DNA of 63,955 bases, counting the filler, from Octopus bimaculoides (lineage: Eukaryota): the NCBI RefSeq assembly GCF_001194135.2. It is 6 parts of 6 records of this genome, joined end to end, with 100 filler letters (N's around TTAATTAATTAA, not from the genome) between each part and the next. Parts side by side here need not be neighbours in the genome. Positions count along the whole stretch, not along the records: positions 31,502 to 42,106 come from NC_069000.1; positions 42,207 to 62,553 come from NC_069007.1; 4 more parts are not named here. One strand, 5' to 3'. Shown here piece by piece: positions 36,939 through 50,906 of the stretch (position 1 is its first letter; the number at the start of each line of letters is the position of its first letter). The notes beneath the pieces were generated by a model. That model was not told the DNA's origin. It was given only the letters and a program-made list of their open reading frames with translations, and made no database searches. A program made the translations under genes and the position numbers.

Positions 36939-37375
36939 GGCGGTGAGAGAGCAGAGTCGTTAGCACACAGGACGAAGTGCTTAGTGGCATTTCATCCCTC
37001 TTTACGTTCTTAGTTCAAATTCTTCCGAGGTCAAATTTGCCTTTCATTCTTTCAGGGATGATGATATAAGTACCAGTCAAGCACTGAGGTCCATATAATC
37101 GATTAGCCGCCTCCCCCCAAATTCCAGGCCTTGTGTCTTTGGTAGAAAGGATTGTTTATTATTAATATTATTGTTGTGCTTCTTGGTGTTAATGTTGTTA
37201 AGCAGGGTCGCCCGTGGAATCGTTAGCACGCCAGGCAAAATTCTTAGGGGCATTTTCCCGCCTTCTCGTTCTGAGTTAAGATTCAGCCGACGTGGACTTC
37301 GCCTTTCATCCTCACCGAAGTAGTAAAAATAAGTACAGTTGAACATTGGGGTCGACGAAATCAACTTTCCGCCCT
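36938..37375 (+). mobile_element. Two tandem SINE family B copies (36938-37150, 37200-37375)
   Basis: AGGCGGTGAGAGAGCAGAGTCGTTAGCAC..; GGAATCGTTAGCACGCCAGGC..TTCATCCT..TAAGTAC..GGGGTCGAC. Confidence 0.8.
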
Positions 37376-37900
37376 CTCCTCAAAGATCCATTCCTCACCA
37401 TTGATATTGTTGTAATTAATCTGGGTAATTAATCTGTGTAATTAACCTTAAATTCCACAGATCTAGCGTTAAAGTTGGCAAATGCGTATCTATATTCCAT
37501 GTGAAAATTATCACGTAAAGTAATATTGGTCAATATCTCTTGTGCTTCAAATAGGGTTATGATGAGTGAGTCCTATCAATTCATATTTTCTGCTACCAGA
37601 GGGGGATTTTAACTAACAGGATATATAATTACATTAAGTTGTAACAATTGATTAACTATACTCCCGTACGTAATGTTAGCGATATATATATATATATATA
37701 TGCTTGGAATGACCAATTATAAATACCAGTGGAACTCACATACAAGGTACAGGAAACTTATATATACACCATTCTGCTTAAATAATGGATCTGCAGATAC
37801 AATATCCTTACGTATCTCACGTCTGTTTTCTTTCCTCCACTTCACTCTGTATTTCATATCTCCTCTATAATAATTATTACTTAAACAATTTCCCGCACCA

Positions 37901-37946
37901 TCTCTGATGAAGGGATATATAAAATATCCCGGAAACAGCTGTATGA
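37901..37946 (+). ncRNA. Minimal type-I hammerhead motif, intact core, weak stem I, in a Penelope-type pLTR
   Basis: UCU CUGAUGA a GGGAUAU-auaaa-AUAUCCC g GAAA CAGCUG UA/ UGA; stem III is the palindrome ACAGCUGU. Confidence 0.65.
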
Positions 37947-38034
37947 CCTTCTCTTTATAAATGTTCTGTAAACTATTCACAACCTTGTATTTTTTATCAC
38001 ATTCTGTTAATGTTTACATATACATGCATATATG

Positions 38035-38071
<37 letters not shown>

Positions 38072-39107
38072 GCGTGTGAGTGTGTGGGTTACCAATATAT
38101 GTATCATTGTTTTATCAAAGATAAAAGATGACGGTCCCTTTTCTGTAATAATGATGTCTTCGATAGATATGATAGCATGTAATAATGTACGTCCTGGAGT
38201 AGATATGCAAAATATTCTCTTACATCAGTATTCACCCCTACAGGGAAATCCGTTTAACTATATCCTAAAACATTGACGGGCACTTGAAGTACAAACGTAG
38301 AAAGGACCTAAAAACATGCGTTTACAGTTCTAGCTGTACTAACACACACTCAGATACACACAGCCCCATAGATAAACCCAGAACCTTTCCCCCTTTTTCA
38401 ACTAAACTCCAACACATATAAAGTATTCAAATACTCCACACATACGTACACACAAGCTAAATTTACATCAATGCAGGATCAAAAAAATACCTGTCTCCAA
38501 ACGACCTACTAACTTATGGTAAACATAATAATACATTAGCCCACCGGAAGTTGCGTGAAATATAAATATTATGCCATACATTCAGAATAAAGCAATAACG
38601 TAGCAGAGGTACCAGAACATCGACGTGGACCCACAGATATATTGACAGAGCCAATACCGAACCTTGTTAGATTTGCCTGACGATCGCACTGCTGCAACAC
38701 TGGAGTCACGAGATAAACTCTAATCTCAAGTGATAATTCAAAAACAATACATACACACACATACCTAGCTACCTACACATATACATACATACATACATAC
38801 ATACATACATACATACATACATGCATGCATACATACATGCGTGTGTGCTCAAGTGTACATGTTGCATATTTGCATATACTATATAACAAGTCAGGTGAAT
38901 ATTTTTATTTAGTAACTTGTTTGCTGTTGGAAAAATATTTTTATATGTTTTCATCAATATGCATGCTGTATATTACACAATACAATTGTATATTCACGAA
39001 TCAATGTAAAAAAAAAAAAAGGAATCTAGCGCTTCAGATCACCAGTAACTCATTGTTACACCATGGATCCTTTTTGTATCCATGATGTTAAGTAGTAGCA
39101 TAGATAG

Positions 39108-39148
<41 letters not shown>

Positions 39149-39402
39149 AAAAGAAAGAGAGAGATACATGGATAGCTAGATAGATGGATGGATAGATAGA
39201 CAAATAAATGGATGGATAGAGAGTTAGATAGATGTATAGAGAGATAGATATATAGATAGATAAATAGAAAACAGCGACAAACAGGGAGACCGTCAGTCAG
39301 ACATAGATAGATAGATAGATTGATTGATAGAAAAACAGACGACAGACAGAAAGGCAGACGACAGATAGATAGATAGATAGATANNNNNNNNNNGCAGACG
39401 AC

Positions 39403-39434
<32 letters not shown>

Positions 39435-40906
39435 GAATTAGCTAGGTTATATTGAGTGATATACAGATAGTTCGACATATAGATTAAATAGATAGAATCA
39501 CATGCAGAGAGATAGGTAAACTCACGAATTAAAATTTCACATGTTTGTAGAATACTGTTTAGATGTTAGATAAAGTAGAAGACCTAACAAAAAGCTGCAT
39601 AAGAAATATCCACACGATACAAAGACATTGTTTTATATGCCAACCAACCTGCATAGAAAAACGCCGGAATTTTTCCGTTTGAATAGCAAACATATGATAG
39701 ATAACGTAACATGCTTGAAGCATTTCTTCTATTGTTAAACATGTCTGACATTTTAAATCATACATTAAAACACCAATCTTTTGAAATGATGTATACAAAC
39801 ATTGCTACAAAATTTTCATCCCCACAACATGACTGAGATGAGATAATTCTTTCTAAAATTCACAAGTTATGTAAAAGAAAAAAATCATTATTTTCAAAAA
39901 TATAATTTCTTTTGTGATGACGAATGTAACTTAATAATCAATTGTTTTCCGCCTTGTATAAAGTACGTGGCACTTAGGCGTTGCATATATTTTCTGTTTT
40001 TGAATTAAATTTACTAAATTGTAGATGTATACGCCAGACAGACATACAAATACACAAAAAACACACATATGCATTCTGGTTATGATAATATATATACGGG
40101 GTAAAAAGGGTAAATACCCCTTCGGTCACGAATATCCAGGTGTTTGCACTTAGAATTGTCCCCTTCGAAGCACAAACCCAGACAAGTTTGTTTATAGACG
40201 ACAAGCAGTTGCCTCTGCATACCAGCGTCGCGTCTCCATGCTGCCGATGGCATCAGTGACATCGCAACTTATTTACTCATTTTTAGAAATGTGTGAACTG
40301 GAGCAACGTGAAATAAAATNNNNNNNNNNNNNNNNNNNNNNNNNNNNNNNNNNNNNNNNNNNNNNNNNNNNNNNNNNNNNNNNNNNNNNNNNNNNNNNNN
40401 NNNNNNNNNNNNNNNNNNNNNNNNNNNNNNNNNNNNNNNNNNNNNNNNNNNNNNNNNNNNNNNNNNNNNNNNNNNNNNNNNNNNNNNNNNNNNNNNNNNN
40501 NNNNNNNNNNNNNNNNNNNNNNNNNNNNNNNNNNNNNNNNNNNNNNNNNNNNNNNNNNNNNNNNNNNNNNNNNNNNNNNNNNNNNNNNNNNNNNNNNNNN
40601 NNNNNNNNNNNNNNNNNNNNNNNNNNNNNNNNNNNNNNNNNNNNNNNNNNNNNNNNNNNNNNNNNNNNNNNNNNNNNNNNNNNNNNNNNNNNNNNNNNNN
40701 NNNNNNNNNNNNNNNNNNNNNNNNNNNNNNNNNNNNNNNNNNNNNNNNNNNNNNNNNNNNNNNNNNNNNNNNNNNNNNNNNNNNNNNNNNNNNNNNNNNN
40801 NNNNNNNNNNNNNNNNNNNNNNNNNNNNNNNNNNNNNNNNNNNNNNNNNNNNNNNNNNNNNNNNNNNNNNNNNNNNNNNNNNNNNNNNNNNNNNNNNNNN
40901 NNNNNN

Positions 40907-40957
<51 letters not shown>

Positions 40958-41248
40958 TTATATGTATATATGTGTATGCATTATGCTTGGGGAGATTGGT
41001 GGGGCTGAGAGAGAAAGAGTGTCGATATATATATACATGTATACATATATTCACACAAAATTTAGGTAAAGTGAGGTACTGAGAGAAAATGGACGATGCG
41101 ATGGAGAAAAGTAAAGAAAAAGAGAAAGAGAGAGTATGCGTATCTATATATTTATAGAGAGGCAATAGAGTGAGAAAAAGCGAGAAGAAAATGAAAGGAG
41201 AGAGATTGAGAGTCTGAGAGAAGAACGATGGTGTGATAGAGAGAACTG

Positions 41249-41338
<90 letters not shown>

Positions 41339-43826
41339 GAAGAGAAGTTATGCAAACTCCTGCAAAGAAATCGACTTCGATAGGGAAATATAAATAAAGG
41401 AATAAATATACGTATATCTGTAACTACGGAAATGCTGTTAAATTGGGAGTAATGAACGTTGGACCTCTCTACAATAATCAATAATCTCTTAAGTCAAAAG
41501 CAAAACATAGAGAAAAGACCTTATGTAAATTTAACTTTCTACTTTCGTCTAATAATTACTCGCAATAAATGACAGAAAATGTACAAAGATACTCATTCAG
41601 TTTTTCCTATGAGACGGGGATTTCCGAGGCAGTGGGAGATTTTGAACTTCTCAAATAATCATAATACCATGTTCTGCTTAATACGATACACTCTTTGCGT
41701 TTCGTGCATTCGTAAGGGATTTTACTTTTTTCTCTTTTCTCCTCCCCTATATATTACAGAAGGTATTCTTTCGAATGTGTTCTGTTGTGTTTCACTCAGG
41801 AGTTGTTCAAACTGTGATTTTCTTTGATTTTATTTTTGTTTCCGATCGAAAATAGCAGTTATTTTAGAAATTTCGTAACATCCACGTGTTGTTATCTGCA
41901 ATGTTTACACTTCGTACATTCGCAAAAAGATTCTTCCTGTTTAATAAATTTCGATTTGTATTTCTTCAAGTGTATTGTTTATCAGCCATGAAGACATTCA
42001 GGGCTTTTAAAGGTTCTTTTGTAATAGAAATCGCAGCATTTTAGAAATATCTTAGCAATTCTCTGGGAGCTTACAGAAACACATGTTGTCCAGAGACCAC
42101 CATATANNNNNNNNNNNNNNNNNNNNNNNNNNNNNNNNNNNNNNNNNNNNTTAATTAATTAANNNNNNNNNNNNNNNNNNNNNNNNNNNNNNNNNNNNNN
42201 NNNNNNAGTGGACAGTAAGGTTCCAATATTTCCCTCTCTCTCTGAAGACGTGCCAAGCTGGAGCAGGTAAATTCTTTTCAGCAATAAACAGTGTCTGTTT
42301 GACCAAAGAACTGTTATAACCTTCACGACAATGACACCATCCATGACTAACACCCCTTTGTCATCACCATTGCCCCCCCCCTACATACACCACAACCACT
42401 GCACGTTCCAATGTAGTTGTTTGACCTGCTAGAAATAATAGCCTAATCTTCCTTAAATCCCATCTAACTTTGGACAATATAGTCAATGCTGGATACGCTT
42501 ACAGCCTTCATTACTTGGTCGGTTGATCCCATTTCTGCTGGATCAGGCTGCCTTGGGGATTAACAATGCTAAGAAGCCTCAATGTGGTCATGAATCTGCT
42601 AAAAATAGCAACCAAGTTGCTATTCAAATCCCACCATAGTATATTGTGTAATGTAAGTCGCCACCAGCAAGAAGATGAAATAGATGAGGAAGCCATGACT
42701 GGAAGCAGCATTGATTATAGGTTTGCCTGATCATGCATGACCGAGGGCTAAACAACAAAAACAACAAGATAATGGGGTGGGGGAGACAAAAACAAGAACT
42801 TTTGTCAAAAAAGAGAGAAACCTCAAAATCAGATAAAGAAAGAAATTTCTAAAAAAATAAAAATTAAAAAACCGAGAGAAAAAAAATAACCTTAAACTAT
42901 CAAGTCTGAATGATTTTAATTTAATGTTCATTAATTTGTTTTTAGTGTTTTTAAGTGTATTTTTTTTTTCATTTGACATGGTGTNNNNNNNNNNNNNNNN
43001 NNNNNNNNNNNNNNNNNNNNNNNNNNNNNNNNNNNNNNNNNNNNNNNNNNNNNNNNNNNNNNNNNNNNNNNNNNNNNNNNNNNNNNNNNNNNNNNNNNNN
43101 NNNNNNNNNNNNNNNNNNNNNNNNNNNNNNNNNNNNNNNNNNNNNNNNNNNNNNNNNNNNNNNNNNNNNNNNNNNNNNNNNNNNNNNNNNNNNNNNNNNN
43201 NNNNNNNNNNNNNNNNNNNNNNNNNNNNNNNNGGGGGGGTGAAGGGCGATGATGGCTTATTTGCTTTGAGTGTTCTGAAGTGGTGGGGGTGGGGGTACGG
43301 GGGGGCACAGAGCTGTGCATGTGTTCGGCTGTTTGTGTTGCCAATTTATGTAAACACACACACAGACACATACACATATGTGCGTGTATGCGCGTGTGTG
43401 TGTGTGTGTGTGTATGTATATACACACTCATACTAATGTGTATAGCATGTACACACACACACACACACGTGCAGTTTAAGTACATTTGATACACACACGC
43501 ACACACACTATTTACACACCAAGCAGGATTCTAAAACACACAATTGTCACAGAGGAAAGATTCTTGCCTAATCTCTTTATCGTATTCAAGGCCAGGTTCA
43601 TTGTGGGTATGTGTGTGTGTGTGGCTGTTAGTGTGTGTGTGTGTGTGTGGCTGTTAGTGTGTGGCAGTGTGACTGCGTGTGTGTGCATGTATATGAAAGA
43701 GACACAAAGGGGAGTGTGTGGGAGTGTGTATGTGCATCTGTAAAACCCGAGGGCTTATGTAGATTCATGCTTATAATGTCTATTGCTCGTGTGTGTGTGT
43801 GTGTGTGTGTAAATACTGCGTCTATG

Positions 43827-43861
<35 letters not shown>

Positions 43862-43955
43862 ATGAGTATATGCATAACTGTATTTGTAAAAGTTTTATAT
43901 TCTATGCTTGCGTGTGTTTATGTGTGTTACATACAGAGACATATGGAGTTGTATT

Positions 43956-43988
<33 letters not shown>

Positions 43989-45368
43989 GTATATATATGG
44001 CTGAACAGTGTGTGTAAAGACCTACGTCTACCCATGATTCTATGCATGTCAAGAGTGTGTGTGTGAGGTCAGACCATACATATGCACTGTATTTTCACTA
44101 ATTGCTTGAGGTGCCGATGTAATCTGTGAGCGGAAGGGCCACGATGTGTTAGGGGAGGTGGGGGGGGGGGCATGCAGAGGTTTTTCAGTTCATCCTCATT
44201 TACAGCTGAGTAGACAGGAGCAATGAGTAGTGAAGTATCTTGCTCAAGCACCCAACACGATGGTCCCCAAAACAAATGATTGATCTTATGATCATCACTC
44301 AAACACTCCACCAGGCTCTCAGCTAACTGTTATTTATTATATACACACGCACACACACACACACACACACATAAACACACCTATGCATATGTATGCATAT
44401 TCACACATTTATATATATATATACATATGCATCCATACATATACACATATATACATACATACATATACATACACACATGCTTGTATACATACATATATAT
44501 ATGTATACATACATACACACATATACACATATATACATACATACATATACATACACACATGCATGTATACATACATACACACATATACATGTATACTTAC
44601 ATATACACATATACACATATATACATACACACATATACATGTATACGTATACACATATACTTACATACACACGTGAATAAATACNNNNNNNNNNNNNNNN
44701 NNNNNNNNNNNNNNNNNNNNNNNNNNNNNNNNNNNNNNNNNNNNNNNNNNNNNNNNNNNNNNNNNNNNNNNNNNNNNNNNNNNNNNNNNNNNNNNNNNNN
44801 NNNNNNNNNNNNNNNNNNNNNNNNNNNNNNNNNNNNNNNNNNNNNNNNNNNNNNNNNNNNNNNNNNNNNNNNNNNNNNNNNNNNNNNNNNNNNNNNNNNN
44901 NNNNNNNNNNNNNNNNNNNNNNNNNNNNNNNNNNNNNNNNNNNNNNNNNNNNNNNNNNNTGTGTCAGAGGAGGAGGAGGAGGAGGAGGAGAGGAATATAT
45001 ATGGAGGTGGGTGAAGGGGTGGGGGGTTTAATGCATATTGACATGTGCGTGTGCGTGTGTGTGTGTGAGAGCAGGTGTGAGTTTGTGTATATAGGTGAGC
45101 AAATATGTAGCAGTATTCAGTTGCTATGCAACCAACCATATTTTAGTAAACCTAATTTCATGGAATAAGAACAAAAATGTACACATCACCCCCTCCCCCG
45201 ACACCACTCTACACTAATACTTCATTACGTAATTACAAAAAAAAAAAACAATTAATGGCAACTAAAATAATAAAACAAAAATTCATGACAACATAATGCA
45301 ATATTCACAATATTTCAATAAGAATTTTGTAGGATATATAACAATATATATATATATATATATATACA

Positions 45369-45401
<33 letters not shown>

Positions 45402-45402
45402 A

Positions 45403-45600
45403 TACTCTTTTACTTGTTGACTGTGACCCTTGCTGGAGCACCGCCTTTAGTCGAACAAATCGACTCCAGGACTTATTCTTTGTAAGCCTAGTACTTATTC
45501 TATCGGTCTCTTTTTGCTGAACAGCTAGGTGAGGAGGACGTTAACACACCAACATCGGTTGTCAAGCGATGATGGGAGGACACAAACACAGACACAAACA
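45403..45600 (-). mobile_element. SINE family A 3' module
   Basis: GCTGGAGCACCGCCTTTAGTCGAACAAATCGAC..CCTAGTACTTATTCTATCGG. Confidence 0.85.
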
Positions 45601-45998
45601 ACAAACATATACATACATATATACATATATATATACATATATATANNNNNNNNNNNNNNNNNNNNNNNNNNNNNNNNNNNNNNNNNNNNNNNNNNNNNNN
45701 NNNNNNNNNNNNNNNNNNNNNNNNNNNNNNNNNNNNNNNNNNNNNNNNNNNNNNNNNNNNNNNNNNNNNNNNNNNNNNNNNNNNNNNNNNNNNNNNNNNN
45801 NNNNNNNNNNNNNNNNNNNNNNNNNNNNNNNNNNNNNNNNNNNNNNNNNNNNNNNNNNNNNNNNNNNNNNNNNNNNNNNNNNNNNNNNNNNNNNNNNNNN
45901 NNNNNNNNNNNNNNNNNNNNNNNNNNNNNNNNNNNNNNNNNNNNNNNNNNNNNNNNNNNNNNNNNNNNNNNNNNNNNNNNNNNNNNNNNNNNNNNNNN

Positions 45999-46140
45999 AC
46001 CGGATGGCAACACCAGGCTCCAGTCTGATTTGGCAGAGTTTCTACAGCTGGATGCCCTTCCTAACGCCAACCACTCAGAGAGTGTAGTGGGTGCTTTTAC
46101 GTGTCACCCGCACGAAGGCCAGTCAGGCGGTACTGGCAGG
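45999..46140 (-). mobile_element. RTE-type 3' tail (RTE LINE end or RTE-tailed SINE)
   Basis: Sense GAGTGGTTGGCGTTAGGAAGGGCATCCAGCTGTAGAAAC; related to the + copy at 50700-50906. Confidence 0.65.
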
Positions 46141-46620
46141 AGAATATTTAAAAGCTGTGGGCCCCTGAAACCCAGACTGTTGCAATAACTGGTCCTCAAG
46201 CACAATGGCATTGCTGGGCTCTTTGGCACTGTGCAGTGGCAATCCGTTCTGGCATTAGTGTAGCTTTCAATGCCAAAATTGGGCACAATTCCTTCCAGGA
46301 TCTTCCAGATGTATATTACTGCATACCTCTCCCGCCTTCTCTCCAGGGAGTAGAGTCTTAGCTGTTTCAGCCTTTCCCAGTAGCTGAGCAGTTGCAAAGA
46401 GACAATCTTCTTTGTGATTCTCCTCTGGATTGCTTCAAGCTCTGCTGTTAATTTCAGACTGGTGGGTGACCACAGCTGTGAGCAGTAATCCAGGCGGCTG
46501 AGCACGAATGTCCTCCAGAGGATCATCATGGTTTCCTTATCTCTGGTTCTGAATGTTCTCAGGATCCATCCAGCTAGTCTTCTGCACTTTGTCACCATCC
46601 TGGTAATGTGCCCTTTGGAA
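46141..46620 (-). mobile_element. CR1-clade LINE ORF2 C-terminal fragment
   Basis: GWILRTFRTRDKETMMILWRTFVLSRLDYCSQLWSP..LEAIQRR..LSYWERLKQLRLYSLERRRERY..IWKILEG. Confidence 0.9.
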
Positions 46621-49600
46621 AGAGGTATCATCACTTATGTCAATAGCCAGGTCCCTCACTGATTTAGGCTCTGAAATTGTAATTCCCAGTGTAGCCTGTA
46701 AGTTTCATATTCAGTTTTGGATGCTGGTAGCAAAGGGCTTGGACATTTTCAGCATTAAACAGCATATTATTATCCTCCTGCTGCAGATGTGCAACATTGC
46801 TGGGGTTCTGTATATATATATATATATATATCTATGGGGTTATATATAATATATAAAATAATTGTGAGGGTGTTTGGGGATCTAAAATTTTCTGGCCTAT
46901 TTTTATTTTGTAGTGGGACAGGGAATTATGAAAATCATCTTTTCATAGCAAACGTCTCCCTCCAGCCAAGCATACCATGTGAAGACTGTTTGCTACAATA
47001 GAGCACTAATCTAACGTCTTAGTATGGGTATTCCTTTAAGGAAAGTATACTACTATGAGATATTAAAAATAAAGTTGTTTTTTACCAACCACTGGTGGAA
47101 CATACGTTTTTCTGGAAGGTTGTGGTGGGGGTCTGGGGCAAAATAGGTAGGAAAATGCTGCAATAAAGCATGATTTGATGGAGGTTTGACTGCTTGTTCT
47201 AGCAGCTCAAATAACCAGTGCTAGGCTTCTCTGTCACTGTTGGGTGTGGTGGTGTTATTCTAGCTGAATGTTACTACAGTACAACTTCATTAATGCCTTA
47301 ATGTTGCCTTTGTTAATTGCTTCCTTTCGTTAAAACTAAATGCAGGTGTCACAAAATATCATGTGTCGTTAGAGTTTGAAGTTAGGTCAACAACACTACA
47401 AATACACGATGCTGGTTTTTTTGGCGCTTGATGTTAAGTGGTATCTTAAGTTTGGTCAGAGTTTAGTCAACGAAACAAACGACAACAACAACAACAACAA
47501 CAACAGAGAAAAGGGGAGCAAAAGAAGCAGAGACCAAAAACATCTCTGGTTCTTTGAACACACAATGTCTAACATGTGTGTGTGTATGTGTGTGTATATA
47601 TGTATATATATGTATATATATGAGCACATATACACATAAAGAAAAAAGAAAAGCAAAACCATATCTGGTTCTTAGAACACAAGATGTCTGTAGATGTAGA
47701 TCACACACACATATATATACACACATTCACATATATACATAGATTTATACATATGTACATATATATACACATATACATATAAATATACACATGTGAGATT
47801 TTCTTTATAATAGAATTGTGTTATTTCTATTAAAAAGATTTATCCACACATCCTGTTCTATTTAATCAGTTCATTAATACCACTAATATATGTGTATATG
47901 TGTGGGTATATAAATATATATACATATATATATATATATACATACTTTAGAGAAGATTGTTCTTTCGTCGGCATATGTTTCATTTATTTAATAAGTGAGT
48001 TGAGAAGTTTAAATTAACTGAGTTTATCCACCAATTAGATGACAAAAACTCCCTCAGGAACTATTTAAATCTCTAAATAAAAAAAGAAAACCCAACAAAC
48101 ATGGGAGATAACTCCACTAATAGCATCCACTCATAATTTCTCAAGAAGAAAAACAATGCAGTTAAGGGTTAATCTCTTTAACTGTTTAGTATTAAGTTGA
48201 CATGGTCAAATGTTATGCTGTTTCATTGACATTGCTTTGAATTCAGGTCAAGCATGATGGCATGCACTTCTGCCGTGCATCACTGCATCAGCCATTTGTC
48301 AGTGTCCCCTGGGGTCATCCTGGGAAACCCTCTCAGCTGTGAGATACATGGCTGGCCGACACAAGCAAAACCCCAGCCAGATCCCAAGAGAAGGGAACAC
48401 AAGATGCAGGATCAAATCGGAAAATCAAGTTCTACATTGATTATTATTTGGTAGCTATTGTGATTTCAATGATTGTTTATTTCTAGAATGACATTGTAGG
48501 CTAGGTGTGAGAGGCTAGATCTGGTTAGTTTTAACATAAAACAGGTTGAATATCTGAGCCAGTTACGACTGGTTTGAAGGCCAAAAAAGTTACCTTCTTG
48601 AATCATGTTGACTCATAAGGACCAACTTCTCGGCTTCGTGGCATATTTAATGTGATTTAAGGGGGATTTGGTTACTATTTCAAGCAGGTTCAGTGATCCT
48701 GTTGAGGCTGACTCCCTCTTGTGGTGATGGTGGTAGCGATGTCTTTAGGTGGTAATGATGATGATGACGATAGTGATGGACATAGGGAGGAAAGAGAGAT
48801 TAGAATCAAGGAAGGACATCCCCCCCCCCCCCACAAAATCTGGTTCTGAATTATAATGGGGTGAGAGTGGAGCAAAGAATATGAGGAACTGACAAAAATA
48901 TATAGAAACACCTCCCCACCCCTATTCACATCATCTTGACACCCTATTTCCTTTTAGAAAACTGCAGAAACTGTAAAACGAAACCCTAACCCAGCCCCCC
49001 CCCCCNNNNNNNNNNNNNNNNNNNNNNNNNNNNNNNNNNNNNNNNNNNNNNNNNNNNNNNNNNNNNNNACCCTACCCCCAACCATGGCAACGGAAGTTTT
49101 GCACTTCAGTATTGAAGAACCAGAACAAAAGACTCTTTCAGAATTTCAGAGAATTGTTGTATATTTTATGGCAAATAGTCTTGCGAAAAACCAGGAATTA
49201 TCAAAGACACTGAAGGAAGGGTAACAATGACGAAAGGAATAATGAGATAATAATGATGATGATAATAATAATAATAATGATATGGGATACGAAAAGTTTC
49301 CAAAGGGTGTGGTGGTGGTGGTGTGAAAGGAGTGAGAACAGGATGTGGCACAAAGAGGAGAGAAACTTGAGTAGAAAAAGATGAAAATAAAAAACTGAAA
49401 CAAAGCTACAAAACAAATAATAATTACAATGGTCAACTTTGTTACATGTGGATGTATGAGTGTAATTATTTCTATGTAGTTAAGAAGTTTGGTTTGCAGT
49501 CTTGTGGTTTTGTGTGTTTAATGTGCCACTTTAGTGTGCCACTGCATGGCACAATGAACAAATGCCTTCTACTACAGCCATGGGCCAAAAAAGTGCCTCA

Positions 49601-50699
49601 TTCTAATAGCAGTGTGACTCAGCTCTACATTACTCCAACATGAAAAACACATGCTGAAAGCAGCAACCAAATCTCCTTCAAATGACATGTTACTAGCTTT
49701 AAAAAGGAAGGACACGGTAGATTGTGAGGTTCTAGGTGCTATTTTTTTATGTCTGAAAATAAAAAGACAGGATGGCCACTGTTGGAATGTTTGCTCATAA
49801 CTCAACAATAAAAAAAACAACACCAAAAGCCTCTCCATGGCCACAGAGAGGACAGAAACAAATGAGATGGCCATGGTAGGAACAACTTTGATTTTAGTCT
49901 GTTTATTTGGGGCTGAACAAAAACTGATGGACTTTGGATAACATTCATGCTATGTAAAGAGATACAACATTTGAATAAATGATGTATGTGTGAGAGTGTG
50001 TGTGTGTGATTGTGTGTGTATGTGTGTGTGAGAGTGTATGTGTGAACGTATGTGTGTGTGCGAGTATGTACACTCTCATACACATACACACACACACACA
50101 CACACAGAGGTTACATTCTTCAATGGTATGTGACTTTCTTGCTGCTGGTCGACTTAAATATCTAATTAACATCACAGCATTAACGAGCCATTCAGAATGG
50201 GACACGCTTAAGTCTCCTGTGTGAACAAGACATCACGTTGGTATGTGTGTGTGCGTATGTATATGTGTGAGTGTTCATAAGTATCTACATATATATATAT
50301 ATGTATATGTGTGTGTGCATCTAGATACACACATTTGTATTCCAGCTCCCTTTTTAAGCCACCCCTTTCTGGTTCCAATCAATCCCTCTCATTTATTTTC
50401 CCCACTTTCACTCTCCTTTCATTTCTTTGTTGCCCAAAACAAATAAAAAAGAAATCATTAATAAAAATAAAGCAAAAGAAAATATTTGACCACCAAAATC
50501 TAAATATTCTGAACCACATGTCACCAAAGGAATATCATTATTGAGATGGTTAAAACATGTGGCCATGTGGGACACGGGTCAGTCACTTGCAGAGTTAATC
50601 AGATTATTATTCTGGAAGGCATTAATCCCCAATGACTGGTGGAACCCTAATCTTTCATCATCTAATCCCTCTCCTCTCTCAAACGATCTTTGCCATGCA

Positions 50700-50906
50700 A
50701 ATTACTTGGTGACCGAGCTGGTGCCATGTGAGAAGCACCTGGTCCACTCCATGGAGTGGTTGGTGTCATGAAGGGCATCCAGCCGTAGAAAGCCTGCCAA
50801 AATGGACACAGTGGGTTGGTGTAGTTTTACCAGGTTGGCTCCTATCAAACTGTCCAACCCATGCCAGCAAGGAAGACGGATGTAAAATGATGATGATGAT
50901 GATGAT
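50700..50906 (+). mobile_element. RTE-type 3' tail ending in (GAT)n
   Basis: GAGTGGTTGGTGTCATGAAGGGCATCCAGCCGTAGAAA..CAACCCATGCCAGCAAGGAAGACGGATGTAAAATGATGATGATG. Confidence 0.7.
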
